From contig NC_043002.1 of the NCBI RefSeq assembly GCF_006345805.1, positions 13,578,001-13,642,000 on the forward strand: a stretch of DNA of 64,000 nt, written 5' to 3'. Shown here in pieces: positions 12,365-27,984 of the stretch. Each line of letters starts with the position of its first letter. Position 1 is the stretch's first letter. This DNA is from Octopus sinensis. Taxonomy: Eukaryota. The notes under the pieces were generated by a model, which was not told the DNA's origin, did not search any database, and was given only the letters and a program-made list of their open reading frames with translations. Both the position numbers and the translations under genes were made by a program.

Positions 12365-14160
<1,796 letters not shown>

Positions 14161-14274
14161 GATGTGAATGTTTCTTTTTCGTTTTCGTTTTTGCATTTTC
14201 TTAACGCTAAATGTCAGTTCGTTTTTCTGAATAAACTTCTTCTACAGCCCGTGTTAAATGTATTTATTGTGCTA

Positions 14275-14545
14275 CTAACGTTTGAAATGCAGTATCGTAA
14301 TTTTTAGGGACTCCGGGATTTCTATGATAGAAAATAGACCCAAAACTATTGAAAAGGTTGCAAGACGCAATGAAAGTTTTAGGAGAATAAAAATAAGAAA
14401 AAAAAGTGGAAATTTTACCGGTGCGTGTGTTATATTATAAGGCACAAAAGGAAAATGACTCTCCCCAGACACAACAGAATATACTTCAACACACGAACTC
14501 ATATAAAGAATCTAGCAAACCAAATCCAAAAACGAAAAGAAAATA
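14275..14545 (+). mobile_element. Unclassified repeat R1, longer copy
   Basis: Matches both arms at 1039-1335 (CAAAACTATTGAAAAGGTTGCAAGACGCAA...AAGTGGAAATTTTACCGGTG...). Confidence 0.75.
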
Positions 14546-14865
14546 GTTAGTTATCTCAAAATTAGAAAACACACACACACACACACACCACACACACACA
14601 CAATCTATTGTATAATACGAACTACTGTATGATACTTACAATCCTGTTTCTAAAAGAGGCTTCTTGGATCATAGATCCAGTTAAGAGGACTTCGCTCGTT
14701 TGAGATATACTCATCGCGTTTAACATTTGATTGAAACTATCTCTGCTGTCTATAACATGGTTTCATTAATTTGTTGATGCAAACATCTCGTGGTAAATCA
14801 CATACTGGAAATTGAAGCCTTAGTTTCCTAGTAAACCAATGATAGACTACGCCGGCAAATAACTG

Positions 14866-15285
14866 GGATCTTTTCGGTTTGAACGGCAGTTTTTTCTAGC
14901 GGTGTCATATGAAATTGTCACCCATAATTATGACCCTAGTATCGATCTATTGCATTTCAATCTTTTTTAGGGTTGGGGTTAGAGTTAGAGTTAGTTAGGG
15001 TTAGGGGTGGGGGAAGGGTATAAATAAATCCAATCTGTTTCTTAAACGAGGGACATATTCATACGGCACAGAATGTTTTCACCTCAATAGACGTCATTGA
15101 TTGGTTGAAATTGGAGAAATTGAAGAAAAAAACAACAACAAATATCTTACAAACTATAGAATTTTCTCAATAAAGCCAGGAGAAAAAGATGTTTTATAAA
15201 CACATTCTACCAGTATACGAAGTTTAAAAGTGTTTAGTTACGTGGAAATTATTAAAAAAAACTGCCGGTCAAACCGAAAAGATCC
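14866..15285. mobile_element. MITE with about 30-bp TIRs and 8-bp TSD (Merlin- or hAT-type)
   Basis: TIRs GGATCTTTTCGGTTTGAACGGCAGTTTTT ... AAAAACTGCCGGTCAAACCGAAAAGATCC. TSD AATAACTG at 14858-14865 and 15286-15293. Internal TTAGGG-like repeats. Confidence 0.9.
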
Positions 15286-16855
15286 AATAACTGGCATAAA
15301 AAAAAGTTTGCAAAGTTGGGTAAATTAGCGAGGAAGAGAAATGTATTGATTTTAGGAAGGGTCCAGTATAATATGTTAGACTTGTCTCTTCACGGCAAAA
15401 TAAGTTACTTCATTTAATGAAGTTTTTATACTCAGTAGAAATTTTAGTAAGTATTGAGAACAAGCAGAATTTGAAACAGAAATGGAGACGTGATCTGTAG
15501 CGAAACGGTGCTCATTAGGGTCGATATGTGAATGCTATAATATCAAGTAGAGCAGACATGCATTGAAATAGTAGCCAGCGGCTTTCTTTTATTACAATCT
15601 GCCGGAATGAATTGACTACTCTATTGAGCACCTCGGTTCATTTGATGGAAAGCAGTTGTCTGAAATAATGCCAGAAGCTGACGAGCGACTAACTACCCTC
15701 CCCGACTATTCACTTCTCAACAGGTTTTGGAGAAGTAATTGACCGAAGATCACACGTACAAGCCACACCACTCGGTAAATACATTATCGATTATTGACAA
15801 TTTGCACAGGAACAACGGGAATTTATTTACTGGACTAAAATAAATACATTACAAGCAAATGAAATGAAAGTTGGTGATAATAGATCAAGTGAAACCTGAA
15901 TGTGGCTGGACGAAGTTTGCAAAATAGATTAAGGAAGTAAGTTTACATTATGCTGCATAGGTATTGTTTTCCATTTAACAATTTATCCATTGTGCAGTGG
16001 GGGGCAATCGGTTTCCGAAAATTAGCCGACACTTCCCTTGTATAAAGAATCTGAAGAATCTTAAACCTCTCTAATTGACATGAAATATGCCTGGCGGTGT
16101 CTGCGTTATTAGCGAGAAAAAGTTTTCTAACTTACTCTTGCTCATGTCTAATCGTATTGACTCGGTTGCAAATGCTTGATCAAATTCTGTTGGCAGAACT
16201 TTATGATTATTTTAGTTTTATATGTTTTATTAGAAAGACACAACTAATGAGTCAAATACAATTTTCATAAAAGAATCAAATACTGTTTCTATATAAAAAA
16301 AACAAAAAAAATATATATCGTGTTAGATCTGAAGCTAAATAAATAAGCGAACGAAAAATGACATATACTATTGCCCGCCTACGTCTGAGGTTCCACTGAT
16401 TAGGTGTATTAACGTGGAACTTCACAGACACTAGATACAGATTCTAGTATATTACAGAGGAGACAAAAGTTGCAGTTGATTTTAATTGTTCGCCGAATTC
16501 AATTAGAATATCAAACGCATAAGTTCACACATCCAATGGCTCCGCTCAGAAAAGACAAGAAGCTTCTTGGATCACTGTTACTAAGTGACATTTAGTACGA
16601 TTGAATATGTGACACTTATTTGAATGCTGCAGTAGAACATCATTCAAATTTTCTCTTTTACTCGCTCTCTTGCTTTCTCACTCTGTATATATTTATGTAT
16701 GTATGTATGTATGTATGTATGTATGTATGTATGTATGTAGGTATGTATTGTATGTATGTATGTATAATATGCATATATACATATATATATATATATATAG
16801 ATATATATATATATAACATATATACATATATGTATATATGTATATACATCATACA

Positions 16856-16904
<49 letters not shown>

Positions 16905-16920
16905 TATATATGAATATATA

Positions 16921-17180
16921 GTTCAGCAAAACTTTAGATTCAGATAATATGGTGCTTTAGTTGAGCCACCAAATTTAGTACTGTATTATATCCATACACT
17001 TTCAAAATAAGGTGATTAAAATCAAAATAAGCTACAAGGATATCCAGAGTTAATGCTGTACCATCGTTTCATGCAACTCCATTTAATTGAACAATGCAAT
17101 CATTACAGCATTTTAAAATGCAGAGCAATCTTCAGCTGCACAAAGACAGAATTTAATTTAAATTAGAACAGTTGGACATG
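16921..17180 (-). mobile_element. Hammerhead-bearing non-coding element, family P2 copy a
   Basis: Homologous to 44177-44428 (both begin GT(T/C)CAGCAAAA..TTAGATTCAGAT next to (TA)n). Hammerhead core at 17054-17140 (-). Confidence 0.7.
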
Positions 17181-17309
17181 TTAATATAATTATACCTAAA
17201 ATCTCCAAGAAGTTTAGGAAATAGACAAAGAACATGCTGTCCCAACTCCAGTATAGAAGTTACACACACACACACACACATATATATATACAAACATTAT
17301 ATATATATA

Positions 17310-17350
<41 letters not shown>

Positions 17351-17352
<2 letters not shown>

Positions 17353-17562
17353 TCGTTTACTTGTTTCAGTAAGTTGACTGTAGCCATGCTGGAGCACACC
17401 GCCTTTAGTCTAGCAAATCGACCCCGGGACTTATTCTTTGTAAGCCCATACTTATTCTATCGGTCTTTTTTGCCGAACCGCTAAGTGACGGGGACATAAA
17501 CACACCACCATCGGTTGTCAAGCAATGCTAGGGGGACAAACACAGACACACAAACATACACG

Positions 17563-17617
<55 letters not shown>

Positions 17618-17792
17618 CGTATATATACATATATACGGACGGCTTCTTTCAGTTTCCGTCTACCAAATCCACTCACAGGCTTTGGTCGCCCGAGGCTATA
17701 GTAGGAGACACTTGCCCAAGGTGCCACGGAGTGGGACTGAACCTAGAACCATGTGGTTGGTAAGCAAGCTACTTACCACACAGCCACTCCTT
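17351..17792 (-). mobile_element. SINE-A
   Basis: Nearly full-length reverse-complement copy. Confidence 0.9.
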
Positions 17793-18659
17793 TATTTATG
17801 TATATACATACATAAATACAGAAATACATACACAAACACACAAAAATATAATATAAAACGAGACTTGAACACGCATCTCTCCTAGCAAATAAAGGAAACT
17901 GGTTATCGCCATTCGATCTCCAAGAAACAGCAGCTAAAGCTCCCTCGAATCATTCACAATTCTTAGAAAAAGAGAAAATAAAACATGTAGTTTCGTTTCC
18001 ATTGTATCTGCGATGGAAGAAAAAGAAATAGCGACCGCAACAAATACAGGCTAATTACAAGAGCGGTTTTGAGTAGCATCCGGGTAGTGCAAAAGCAGCA
18101 TCACTATGTAACGGTGTTTAGGTATAACCAGTTATATTTTGGGAGTTTCTAACGCAAATCAGATGAAGAGAACACATATAAGTCGACAGACATACACACA
18201 TACACGTACACTAAGGTAAACCCAGCCTAGTGTATCTCACGTAAAAGTTATAAAACATGATAAGCGCGATTTCAAGGACAAGAATGTTCATTGTAGCCAT
18301 TATGTTATTGGTAGCCATTTTAATGACCTCGGGTGAAATCAATAATCTATAAGAAACGAAATCAAATTGTAGAATATTTGTATTAAATTCATTAGCATAT
18401 TTACTTCAGTGCTGTGCTGATACAGGTCACTTATACAACAAGAAATACTTTTGTTTTTAATGGCTAATTATTTATTTTTTAATTTCCTATTTACTCAATG
18501 AAATGTCAACAGGTTGTTTCTGTGTGTCTTTGTGACGGCTAATATTTTACTTGTATTAAGACACATGTATAGCTGTGTGATGCTGAGTTCAACTCCAGGG
18601 CGCATCCCCCTTAGTTGAGAGTGTTCTACCCGTAGGTTCAGGGGATATTTTGTTGACAG

Positions 18660-18705
<46 letters not shown>

Positions 18706-18706
18706 A

Positions 18707-18754
<48 letters not shown>

Positions 18755-19344
18755 CGCATATTTATGCGCATGTAGTGGAGGTAGCTGAGAAGATAGTATA
18801 TAACAGATAAGCACTAAATTAGTACGCGGGCTGGCTATCTTCTTAAACTCCAAATTCTTAATCAAGGTAAAATAGTCCAGGATGACTAGAATTGGCTACA
18901 AGAAATACATAGTTCGAGTGAATAGTAAAGAGACAACAGGTGAACAATTTTAGATGGCAGAAATTAAATTATGAGATTCTACACATGTATATTGATAATA
19001 TAAGCTGAAGAAGGTCTGTACAGCTGTTTCAAAGACGCGTCGCTTGGTTGATGCTACAATGCATATTAGGCAAACCGGCGTACATAGTGACGTAATAATT
19101 ATACTCAGCAAATGAGCAAATATATTATCTGCTCGCTAATATCTTCAAACTGGAAACGTTGAATATTTTAACCAATGGATGAGTGGTAAATGCCCTGTTC
19201 TGTAGTTCATTATGCTGATAGAGGTCTAGGTTTTAAATACAGTGTTTATTTACGCAAAAGTGTAATTGTATGGTTAGTTGTAGACGTATGCCAATAAAAA
19301 TATTTGTGAAACATTCACACTCAAATATATACGCATGAAACCAC

Positions 19345-19690
19345 TACTTACTTGTACTTGTGACGGCGTTCACCCAGGGTGGGTTGAACCGGCTTCTTCT
19401 CTGGTCCTGACGGCATCATGAACCATAGCGGCCCACGCTCAACGGTCCTGTGCGAGGTCACTGGAGATAGCGAGCCACCTGCGGACCTGAGAGTTTGGAG
19501 AGGTCCTCTTTTATCGTCATTGCCCAGGTCTTCAACTGCCCGCCCGTGCGTTTGCGCCAGCTGGGAAGTGGAGGTGGTAGGAGGACATCGCAAATCAGCT
19601 TACCCTCTGGACACCGGGCCGCATGACCGAACCAATCCTAAGCGCTGTGTAGAAGCATCGAAGGGAGGGGTCGGTATTTAGGCGACGACG
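19345..19690 (-). mobile_element. RTE-clade LINE 3' fragment (second family)
   Basis: WFGHAARCPEGKLICDVLLPPPLPSWRKRTGGQLKTWAMTIKEDLSKLSGPQV...SSDLAQDR*AWAAMVHDAV...GSTHPG*, ending in a CAAGTACAAGTAAG tail. Confidence 0.85.
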
Positions 19691-20166
19691 AAGACCGGCT
19701 GTAGAACCACATATAACAACAACCATCACTGGTAACCAAATATGACTTAGTAAGTATGTTACAAGGCTAATTTGTAATGTTTTAGGCACAGACATTAACG
19801 CCACTTCCAGCTAGCTCGCGTTTGAAGCAGCAGAAAGCTGAGGATGTGTCAGGTAAAGTGAGGGCTCTAGGCTAGAAGCCACTTTCAGTTGAATGTAGTT
19901 GAATAAAGTGAAATACAGTGCAACGCATCTTTCGGTCCCGAGTATCGAACCTACGACCTTGAAACCGTGATTCTGCCATCGTAATAAACTAACCAGGCGC
20001 TTTTACGTATTGGATCGAATCCGAGGTTTAGAATCCAAAGTAGATCTCGGTAGTATTTAAACTCAGAGCGAAAGAGCGGCAGGAAAATCTACTAAGCTTT
20101 GTGTCCGACGTGCTAACAATTTTACCGACACGCCACCTACACGCTCCTTTACATATTGCAAATATA

Positions 20167-20483
20167 ACGATAAAAAATGTCGCCCTTTTCAAGCCTAGCC
20201 AGGCTCATGGGCACGGTCTCCCGGTTTCTGTGGCGCATGTGTTCCCCCCAGCTGGACGGAACGCCAGTCCATCGCAACGTTACTCAAGAAACAGGAAGAG
20301 AGAGTGAGAGAAAGTTGTAGCGAAAGAGTACAACAGGGGTCGCCACCACACCATGCCGGAGCATCATGGAGCTTTTAGGTGTTTTCGCTCAATAAATACA
20401 TACAACGTCCGGTCTGAGAATCAAAACCGCGATCCTCCGACTGCGAGTCCGCTGCCCTAACCACTGGGCCACTGCGCCTCCAC
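20167..20483 (-). mobile_element. SINE-C, tail variant 2, with 13-bp TSD
   Basis: Minus-strand head GTGGAGGCGCAGTGGCCCAGTGGTTAGGGCAGCGGACTCGC. TSD TATTGCAAATATA at 20154-20166 and 20484-20496. Confidence 0.9.
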
Positions 20484-21345
20484 TATTGCAAATATATATA
20501 CATGTAAATATACGAGTTTGTCTTTGATGTGTCTGTTCAGAATGAAGTGCGTGGACATGTCCAGTTGTCACATGCTGTGCAATGGCGTTTCTGTCATTGA
20601 ATTGCTTGTTACAAGTGATATAAAGGAGAGAAAAAAAAAAAAGTCACCGACTTCTCTATGAATGTGTTCAAATATTACTAATTCAGATTTGCGACCATCT
20701 GTTCAGTGTAGAGATTGACAAGTGTTTACAAAGCCATGAGTATCAGTTTTTGTTACTCGTTTGCCAAATAAAAGGATTTGCTCCTTCCCTTTTACGTTTC
20801 GATAGGTTTCAGTCGAGTAGTTGGCTTTTACATAAAGCTATTAGATTCTCTATTTGACATGCTGAGGTTTCCTAGTGACATTTATGCAGTTCAACATGTC
20901 ATGTGTTATAATAAGTGAAAATATATTTATTTCGCTATCAGAATACACATTTCATTTCTCTGATCATATGAAAGACTTCCTCCATTTTGTGTATTGACAT
21001 ACACACATAGACATTTACAAGCACACAGATGCACACACATACACACACACACACACACACAACAGGCGCACGTTTTTACACACATACATACATATATGTA
21101 TATATATGTATATATGTGTTTGTGGAGACTAAGTATATGTTTGTCCACATACCCCTATACACATTCTATCAGTATATATGTGTATATATCAATCTAAATG
21201 TATGTACACATACATGTACATGCATATATGCATATATATATATATATATATATACATACATACATGTAAATATACATCTATATCTATATGTCTCTATGTA
21301 TGTATGTATTATCTCTCTCTCTATCTCTATCTCTCTCTCTCTCTT

Positions 21346-21380
<35 letters not shown>

Positions 21381-21385
21381 AATCT

Positions 21386-21417
<32 letters not shown>

Positions 21418-22267
21418 TTAGCGGTTGTAGCAACCGAATGAGGTATAAAATATCCGCATATACTATCAGTATCCGTTACCTGTGTTAACCCGGGGCAATG
21501 GTTCGCAGGGACACCTCATACGCCGAGCGCAGGTAACAAAAGGATAAACAAAAGTTTTTCAGGAACCGATGAAAATAATTAGAAAATGGCGAAAAACATA
21601 GATTAACCAGCGCGTCGATAGGACCACATTTTAAAGCATATTTATTGATACAATGCAAGATGTAACGAATATAACAGCTAGAAGCCCAATATGTTAAGTG
21701 CCCATAGTTATTTACCATCGGGGCTCAAAGAGCGTCATTGAGAGAGCGAGCTATTAAAGGAGTAGGGACTATAAATTATTAACGAGAGGCTGCAGTTTGG
21801 AGAGGGGTCATGGTGTTATAAAAAGGAATTTATCAAGGAGCTTTATGTAAAGAAAATACTAACATAAATATCAAAGGTCAAACCTATGTTAATGGAGAAA
21901 ACTTAAGTAAAGGTATACAAATTTACATAGGTTACAAAAGAAAAATTTACTCACAGGAAATTAATACCAAGAATCCCTCCATGGGCTTCTAGACTTTTTG
22001 TCTAAGCCATGTTTTATTTCCTTTAACTTCTTCCTTTTTTTATATTGTATGCTCTTGTTTTTCACTCAAATGAAGATCCGTTGCCTTAATTTGAATGCCC
22101 TATGATGAAGAATTTTATTCTCGCATTTATGAATAGACTGCATTCTGGTATTTTGATCAGAAACAGCTGTTAGATTTGTTATCTCTTTCATTTAAGCCTT
22201 AAAATGTTGCCCTGTTGATGCGATGGTCAACCTATGTTTTTCGCCATTTGTATATATATATATGATA

Positions 22268-22446
22268 AGTACAGGACTGGCTGCGTGGTAAGTATCTTGC
22301 TTACCAAGCACATGATTCCGAGTTCAGTCCCTCTGCGTGGAACGTTGGGCAAGTATACTCTACTTTAGCCTCCGGCCGACCAACGCCTGTGAGGGTATTT
22401 GGTAGACAGAAACTGAAGAAGACCTTGTATATATATATATATTATA

Positions 22447-22496
<50 letters not shown>

Positions 22497-22499
22497 GTA

Positions 22500-22587
<88 letters not shown>

Positions 22588-23310
22588 GTATGTGTTGTGT
22601 GTGGTGTATATATGCATGTGTATATGTTTGTATGTCTGTGTTTGTCCCCTCATACACACTGAAACACTCACACATACATACATACACACACCAAATGGTC
22701 TCAAAGTTTTGTACAAGGCCTGCAGTCTTTGAAGGAAGGGCAAGTTGATTGCAATGACCCCAGTGCGTAACTGGTACTTATTTTATCGACTCCGAAATGA
22801 TGAAAGGCAAAATCGACCTCAAGCGGAATTTGAATTTAGAACGTAAAACCGGAAGAAATGCTGCTAAGCATTTTGTCCGGCGTGTTAACGATTCCGCTGG
22901 CACAACAACCTAGGCATACATGTAATGAGAATGATACGCATCTACATGTGTATACCCATGGTCTCACGCTTTCAGCCAACCTCTCCCCTCAGTCTGTAAA
23001 AAATGTAAATAACTGGTAATTTTAATTCTTCATATATCACCAGATATAACTGTTTTCTGCGATATATCTAAAATTAATACCTGAGATACGATGGGGGTAG
23101 CGTGCTAGCAAAATCGTTAGCATTCCAAGCAAAATGCTTAGCGTCATTTCATTCGCGTTTACATTCTGAATACGAGTTCTACAGAGGTCGACTTTGCATT
23201 TCATCCTTTCTAATCGATAAAATAAGTTGTAGTTGGATTCTAGGTTAGATGTCATCGACTTACCCCCTCATCCGAAACTGCTGGCCTTGTACCCAAATTT
23301 GAAATCAGTA
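22268..23310. mobile_element. Partial SINE-A (+, 22268-22652), SINE-B (-, about 22735-22900) and SINE-B (+, about 23090-23310)
   Basis: Diverged matches to the family motifs above. Confidence 0.7.
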
Positions 23311-25020
23311 TTTGAAATATTACTCAACGCTAAGTCTACGTGCTGACAGTAGAAGTCTATGTGACACGTTTGTTCTGACAATAATGGTTTTCGACTGGAA
23401 GTTGTAAATTTTCTTTCCAAACTTCTCGTATATTTCGTGTCGAGGAATTCCTTAGGAAATTCTTTGTCATTTAATTCAGCATTTCAAATTTCTATAAATG
23501 ACACGCACTTTGTGGTCAGAAGATTTTTCCGATACAGACAACTATTCCCAGAAGAATGCCAGAAAAGTTCTCTGCAGCTTCAAGTTTTCTTTTTCGACTA
23601 ACAATGACAGACACATCTATGACAAATAAATTAGACGTCCAAAATAATAATACTACATGTCTTATCATCTACTGTATAGGTTTCATCAGGTGACTGGATC
23701 ACACGAGCAAATTCTTTCATTTTCTCTCATTTGCTTTTAGTTAATTTCAATTTGTAAACTCTTGACGATTGCTAGACCACCGATGATAGACACAACTGTG
23801 ACTTGAAAAAAAATCACATGTCCAAAATAATGATGTTGCATATGTCATGAAAATTTGCTTAGTTTGCGTCATATGTCTGGTTCTAAAAAAAACTATTTGT
23901 CTTCTCTGCCGTGATTGCTGTTTAATTCCGATTTGCTAAAATCGCGAACGATATGCTTTGATTCTGTTTGTAGAATTTCGAACTGATCTCGCAGCTCCTG
24001 CAGATTGTCAGTAAACGTCTTAATTTTATCCCTTTCCATACCTACAGAGGCATCTCTTGTCTTTAATACCATGTCGCAGATCTTCAAAGGAGCAAGAGTA
24101 TTGAACTTGATCTTTTATCTTTTCCAAGCTGGGGCGCCCGATTGAAGGGCTTAGTCGAACAAACCAACACCACTTTGTATTTTCTAGGCCTCGTATTTAT
24201 TCTAGCCAGCATTTTTGAGGTAACTGCTTCAGTAAACGACTCTGGATATTTATCACAAAATTCATTGCACAGCATCCGCATAACGAAAAAATATCGGGGG
24301 CGATTTTCATTAAACAATTTCTTTTGTACTGTCTTGTATTTGGCTGCCATATTGACACCATTGTTGTATCATTGATTTCTGCAACTTTCCAAGAGAATGG
24401 CAATTTTACTCCGTCTTTCCGTCACCAGTTTGGTAAGGTCAGAACCTGTTCTCTCACAAGAGTTTTCAAAGGAGAAATCTCCCACGAATCTTAAAATTCA
24501 CGACCTATACTTGGAAAGTAGTGTTTCATAGATATTGTTTTGATCGACATGTGCGGAATTAGGTATTGGAACAACTATTATTGAATGTTATTTTGCCTTT
24601 GATCTTTCAGACAGTATGTATGTCAAAACGAGATCGGAGTAAAGAAAAATAAATTCTTTTTCTAATTCAGCTACGAAATAATATTCTTACAACCTTTCTC
24701 CTTTTCCTTGTCTTACCGTAACCTTCCTGACACGGCTTTCGAGTGTGTGATTCAGTTGGGCTAAAGTTCAAAACCCCCTAGGAAGTTACTATTGTTAAAA
24801 TTGCCAATCAGCTGAGAGGTAACAGAAATTCTAACCTCCTTTCACTCAGAAATAAATTAGAGTAAAATATTAGTCTACTTAGACACCACTCCTGCAGTTC
24901 GTTTATGTAGAAATGTTTTGCTTAAACAACTGCGTGAATGGCCTCCATCGAACTTTCTCAATGATACATAATTCAATTTATGCTATTTATTACTTGGGAT
25001 TCTCTGTAGTTTTGTCACAT
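23300..25020 (-). mobile_element. Decayed hAT-superfamily transposase (ZMYM1-like hAT type)
   Basis: Collinear degenerate motifs: FLSERRLEF, SQLIGNFNNSNFLG, RVRKVTVRQGKGERL, SKAK*HSIIVV...SAHVDQ, RTGSDLTKLV, ESCRNQ*YNNGVNMAAKYKTVQ (cf. CRGQ.YDNGANM.GKYKGVQ), NLQELRDQFE. Many stops and frameshifts; may extend to about 25750 beyond the RTE insertion. Confidence 0.75.
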
Positions 25021-25067
25021 AGTTTCCTAACATCCATTCTCTGCTGGGAAATTAGACGTGTTAATTT

Positions 25068-25452
25068 GGCCTTTTTCCAGTGAATCGATACTGTAAACAA
25101 AATATGGCTTTTTTTTCGACATTCGACATTCGCCAACATCTCTCAGACCGCCATGATTCCTGACGTTCTTGCTTTTGCAGAGCAGTAGCGGCTCGACTTG
25201 GAAAGATTCTCTGACCCCCGGGCAACGCACCCTATTGAGTACTTTCAATCTAGAAATCCTTCGGAGACCTAGGGATAGACTAGGACAAAAACATGGTTGG
25301 ATAATATTCATATCTCAGTTGGTCATGTTTGGAAATCCTATCGGAAAGTGTAATGCCAGTGGCTTATGACAGGACCCTGTGGAAGAAGTACTTAGGACTT
25401 AACTCTTACGACCCTTCTAAGAAAGGTGGGCGGGAAAAATGGATGGATAGAT
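25068..25452. mobile_element. RTE (Expander/Rex3-like) 3' end with inverted 5' segment
   Basis: Minus 25068-25268: LRRISRLKVLNRVRCPGVRESFQVEPLLL...RM...TGKR. Plus 25264-25452: RPR...WLDNIH..SWSCLEILSESVMPVAYDRTLWKKYL, then an ATGGATGGATAGAT tail. Confidence 0.7.
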
Positions 25453-25854
25453 TTCCGAGTTTAAAGATGTTAAGTAGAATAGCTACCAATTAGAAATGTC
25501 TTGGACAAGGAAATACGCTTGTTTCGTAAATGTTTTCTCTGATATTTAGTTGTATGGAATTTCTAATACCAAATTCTCATGACGTCATTGTCTAGATCTT
25601 ACTCGAAATTTCGTTTTAGGGATGCTCTGCTCAATTTCAGGTGTGATTTCTGTGGGTATCGTAGACAGGTCACAATCAACAATTCCATTCTGAGATTTTT
25701 GAGGAAGTAATTATGTTTTCATTTCGTTCTCGAGTGGATGGTTGCACATCTTCCTATAAGCATGCCATTCTTTGCTTTTGTTAAAAAAAAAAAATCCATA
25801 CCAGTAACATTAGTTTCAGCGTCCGTCTACACTCACATGGAAAAACGTACAATT

Positions 25855-26354
25855 GATCACCACCACCGCCACCACCACCACAACTGCCACCACCACCACA
25901 ACTGCCACCGCCGCCGCCGACGCCACCACCACCACCACCACCACCACCACTGCCACCGCCGCCGACGCCACCACCACCACCACCACCACCACCGTCACCA
26001 CCATCGTTGCTGACGCCACCACCACAATCATCTCTTTTCTACTTTCCTCCTCTGCTTCCACTTCCTGTTCTTCCTTTTCGCCATCCTCCTCCTCCTCCCT
26101 TCGTTTTCGTCGTCCTCCTCTCCTCATCGTTTTCGTCATCCTCATCGACGTCCTCCTCCTTCCTCCCTCCACCTCCTCCTTCCTCCCTCCACCTCCTCCT
26201 CCACCTCATCCTCCACCTCCTCCTCCTCGACCTCCTCCTCCTCCACCTCCTCCTTCTCGTCCACCACCACCACCACCACCTCCTCCTCGTCCTCCACCAC
26301 CACCACATCCTCCTCCTCTTCCTCCTCCTCATCATTACCTCCACCACCACCACC

Positions 26355-26435
<81 letters not shown>
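25855..26435. repeat. Compound trinucleotide microsatellite (CAC/CGC/TCC/TAC)
   Basis: Pure triplet runs open in most frames on both strands (poly-H/T/P/Y/V ORFs). Confidence 0.9.
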
Positions 26436-26437
<2 letters not shown>

Positions 26438-26995
26438 GTTCCTGTTGTTTTCTAATTTCATTTATAAGAAACACTACAGTTCCATGACGTTTTGCCATCG
26501 AACTTGGCCTTTGGAACGCAACCTTGGACGACCAGAAACGTTTTATTCTCTCTGCTATATTTATAGATTGTAATTTGCTGTAAATATGAGGTCAAAATAA
26601 GTCAATTGAATTGAAATTAAGTTGGAACTGAAGTCATTTGAATATTTAATTAACGCATGAAACGAGAATTCTCATTCGCATTAAACTTTTCCGTATATAG
26701 CATGAGTGTTAAGTATCATACTTAGAAATATACTTTTTGAAATTGTATTCTCCTAAATAGGCTTTCCTCCATTATTAGTCCTAGGCATGTCTAACTTGAT
26801 AGCATCATCTTGTGTGGATTTTAAGTCATACCTTAGCGCTGCATCCCAATCACATGGTTCTGGGTTCAGTCCCACAGCATGGCACCTTAGCTAAGTGTTT
26901 TTTTTACTATAACCCCAGACTGACAAAAGCTTTGTGAGTGGATTTGGGAAACAAAAAACTGAAAAACGCATATACACACACACGCCCCCATATAT

Positions 26996-27042
<47 letters not shown>

Positions 27043-27159
27043 GTGTGTGTGTGTGTTTGTAGTATCAATAAAATAGATGGAATGTGTAATAGACTTTACT
27101 GGGTACAACGCATATTTCGATCCGTTCTGGGTCTCCTCAGGTACATCAATAAAAAATCT

Positions 27160-27356
27160 CTTGTTTCATCCATTAGACTGCGGCCATGCTGGGGCACCGT
27201 CTTGAACAATTTTTAGTCGAAAGAGTCGACCCCAGTACGTATTTTCTTGAGCCTAGTATTTATTCTATCGGTCTCTTTTTGCCAAACCGCTAAGTTACGG
27301 GGACGCAAACACGCCAACACCAGTTGTTTAGCAGTGGTGGGGGACAGTCACAAAGG

Positions 27357-27398
<42 letters not shown>

Positions 27399-27975
27399 TA
27401 CACACATATACACACACTTATATAAGACGGGTGTCACGCAAGTGAGACTGAACACGGAGCCATGTGGCTGGGAAGCCACGCAACCGACCCTGCATATATT
27501 ACACACACAAACACACACATGTTTGTTTTTGTGTGTGTGTTTGTCACTACCTATTTCCTTACTAGCCACAAGGGGTTAAACACAGAGGCGACGAACAAGG
27601 ACAGACAAACGGATTAAGTCGATTACCTCGACTCCAGTATGTAACTGGTACTTAATTTATCGACCCCGAAAGGATGAAAGAAAAAGCCGACCTCGGCGGA
27701 ATTTGAACTCAGAACGTAACGGCAGACGAAATACCGCTAAGCGTTTTGCTCGGTGTGCTAACGTTTCTGCCAGCTCGCCGCCTTTATGTTTGTCATTACC
27801 ACCATCACTTGACAACCGGTATTGGTTTCTTTACCTCCCTGTAACTTCGCGGTCTGCGAAAGAAAGCGACAGAATAAGCACTAGGCTTTGAAAACAATAA
27901 TGTGCTGGGGGTCTATTCATTCTTCAAGGCGGTGCTCCAGCATGGTCGCAGTCTAATGACTGAAACCAGTAAAGG
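27160..27975. mobile_element. SINE cluster: SINE-A (-, 27160-27495), SINE-B (-, 27551-27784), SINE-A 3' half (+, about 27790-27975)
   Basis: Family motifs as above. Confidence 0.8.
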
Positions 27976-27984
27976 AAACATTCT

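Noticed and set aside
15300-16600. Long repeat-free stretch with TAAT and ACAAT words suggestive of an enhancer (similar stretch at 29580-29960)
   Set aside because: Such short motifs are expected by chance in AT-rich DNA; a call would need conservation or chromatin data.
19000-19050. CTGAAGAAGGTC...ACGCGTCGCTT hammerhead-like words
   Set aside because: Stem II and GAAA cannot be assembled on the plus strand, and the minus-strand alternative lacks a core.
21470-21550. GC-rich hairpin (GTTACCTGTG/CGCAGGTAAC) considered as an HDV-like or other ribozyme
   Set aside because: The nested double pseudoknot could not be built (no P1 partner strand), and it is single-copy here.
25853-26573. 200-aa Thr/Pro/His/Tyr-rich ORF resembling an extensin or mucin
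   Set aside because: Pure triplet repeats; all overlapping frames are open, and there are no splice or domain signals.
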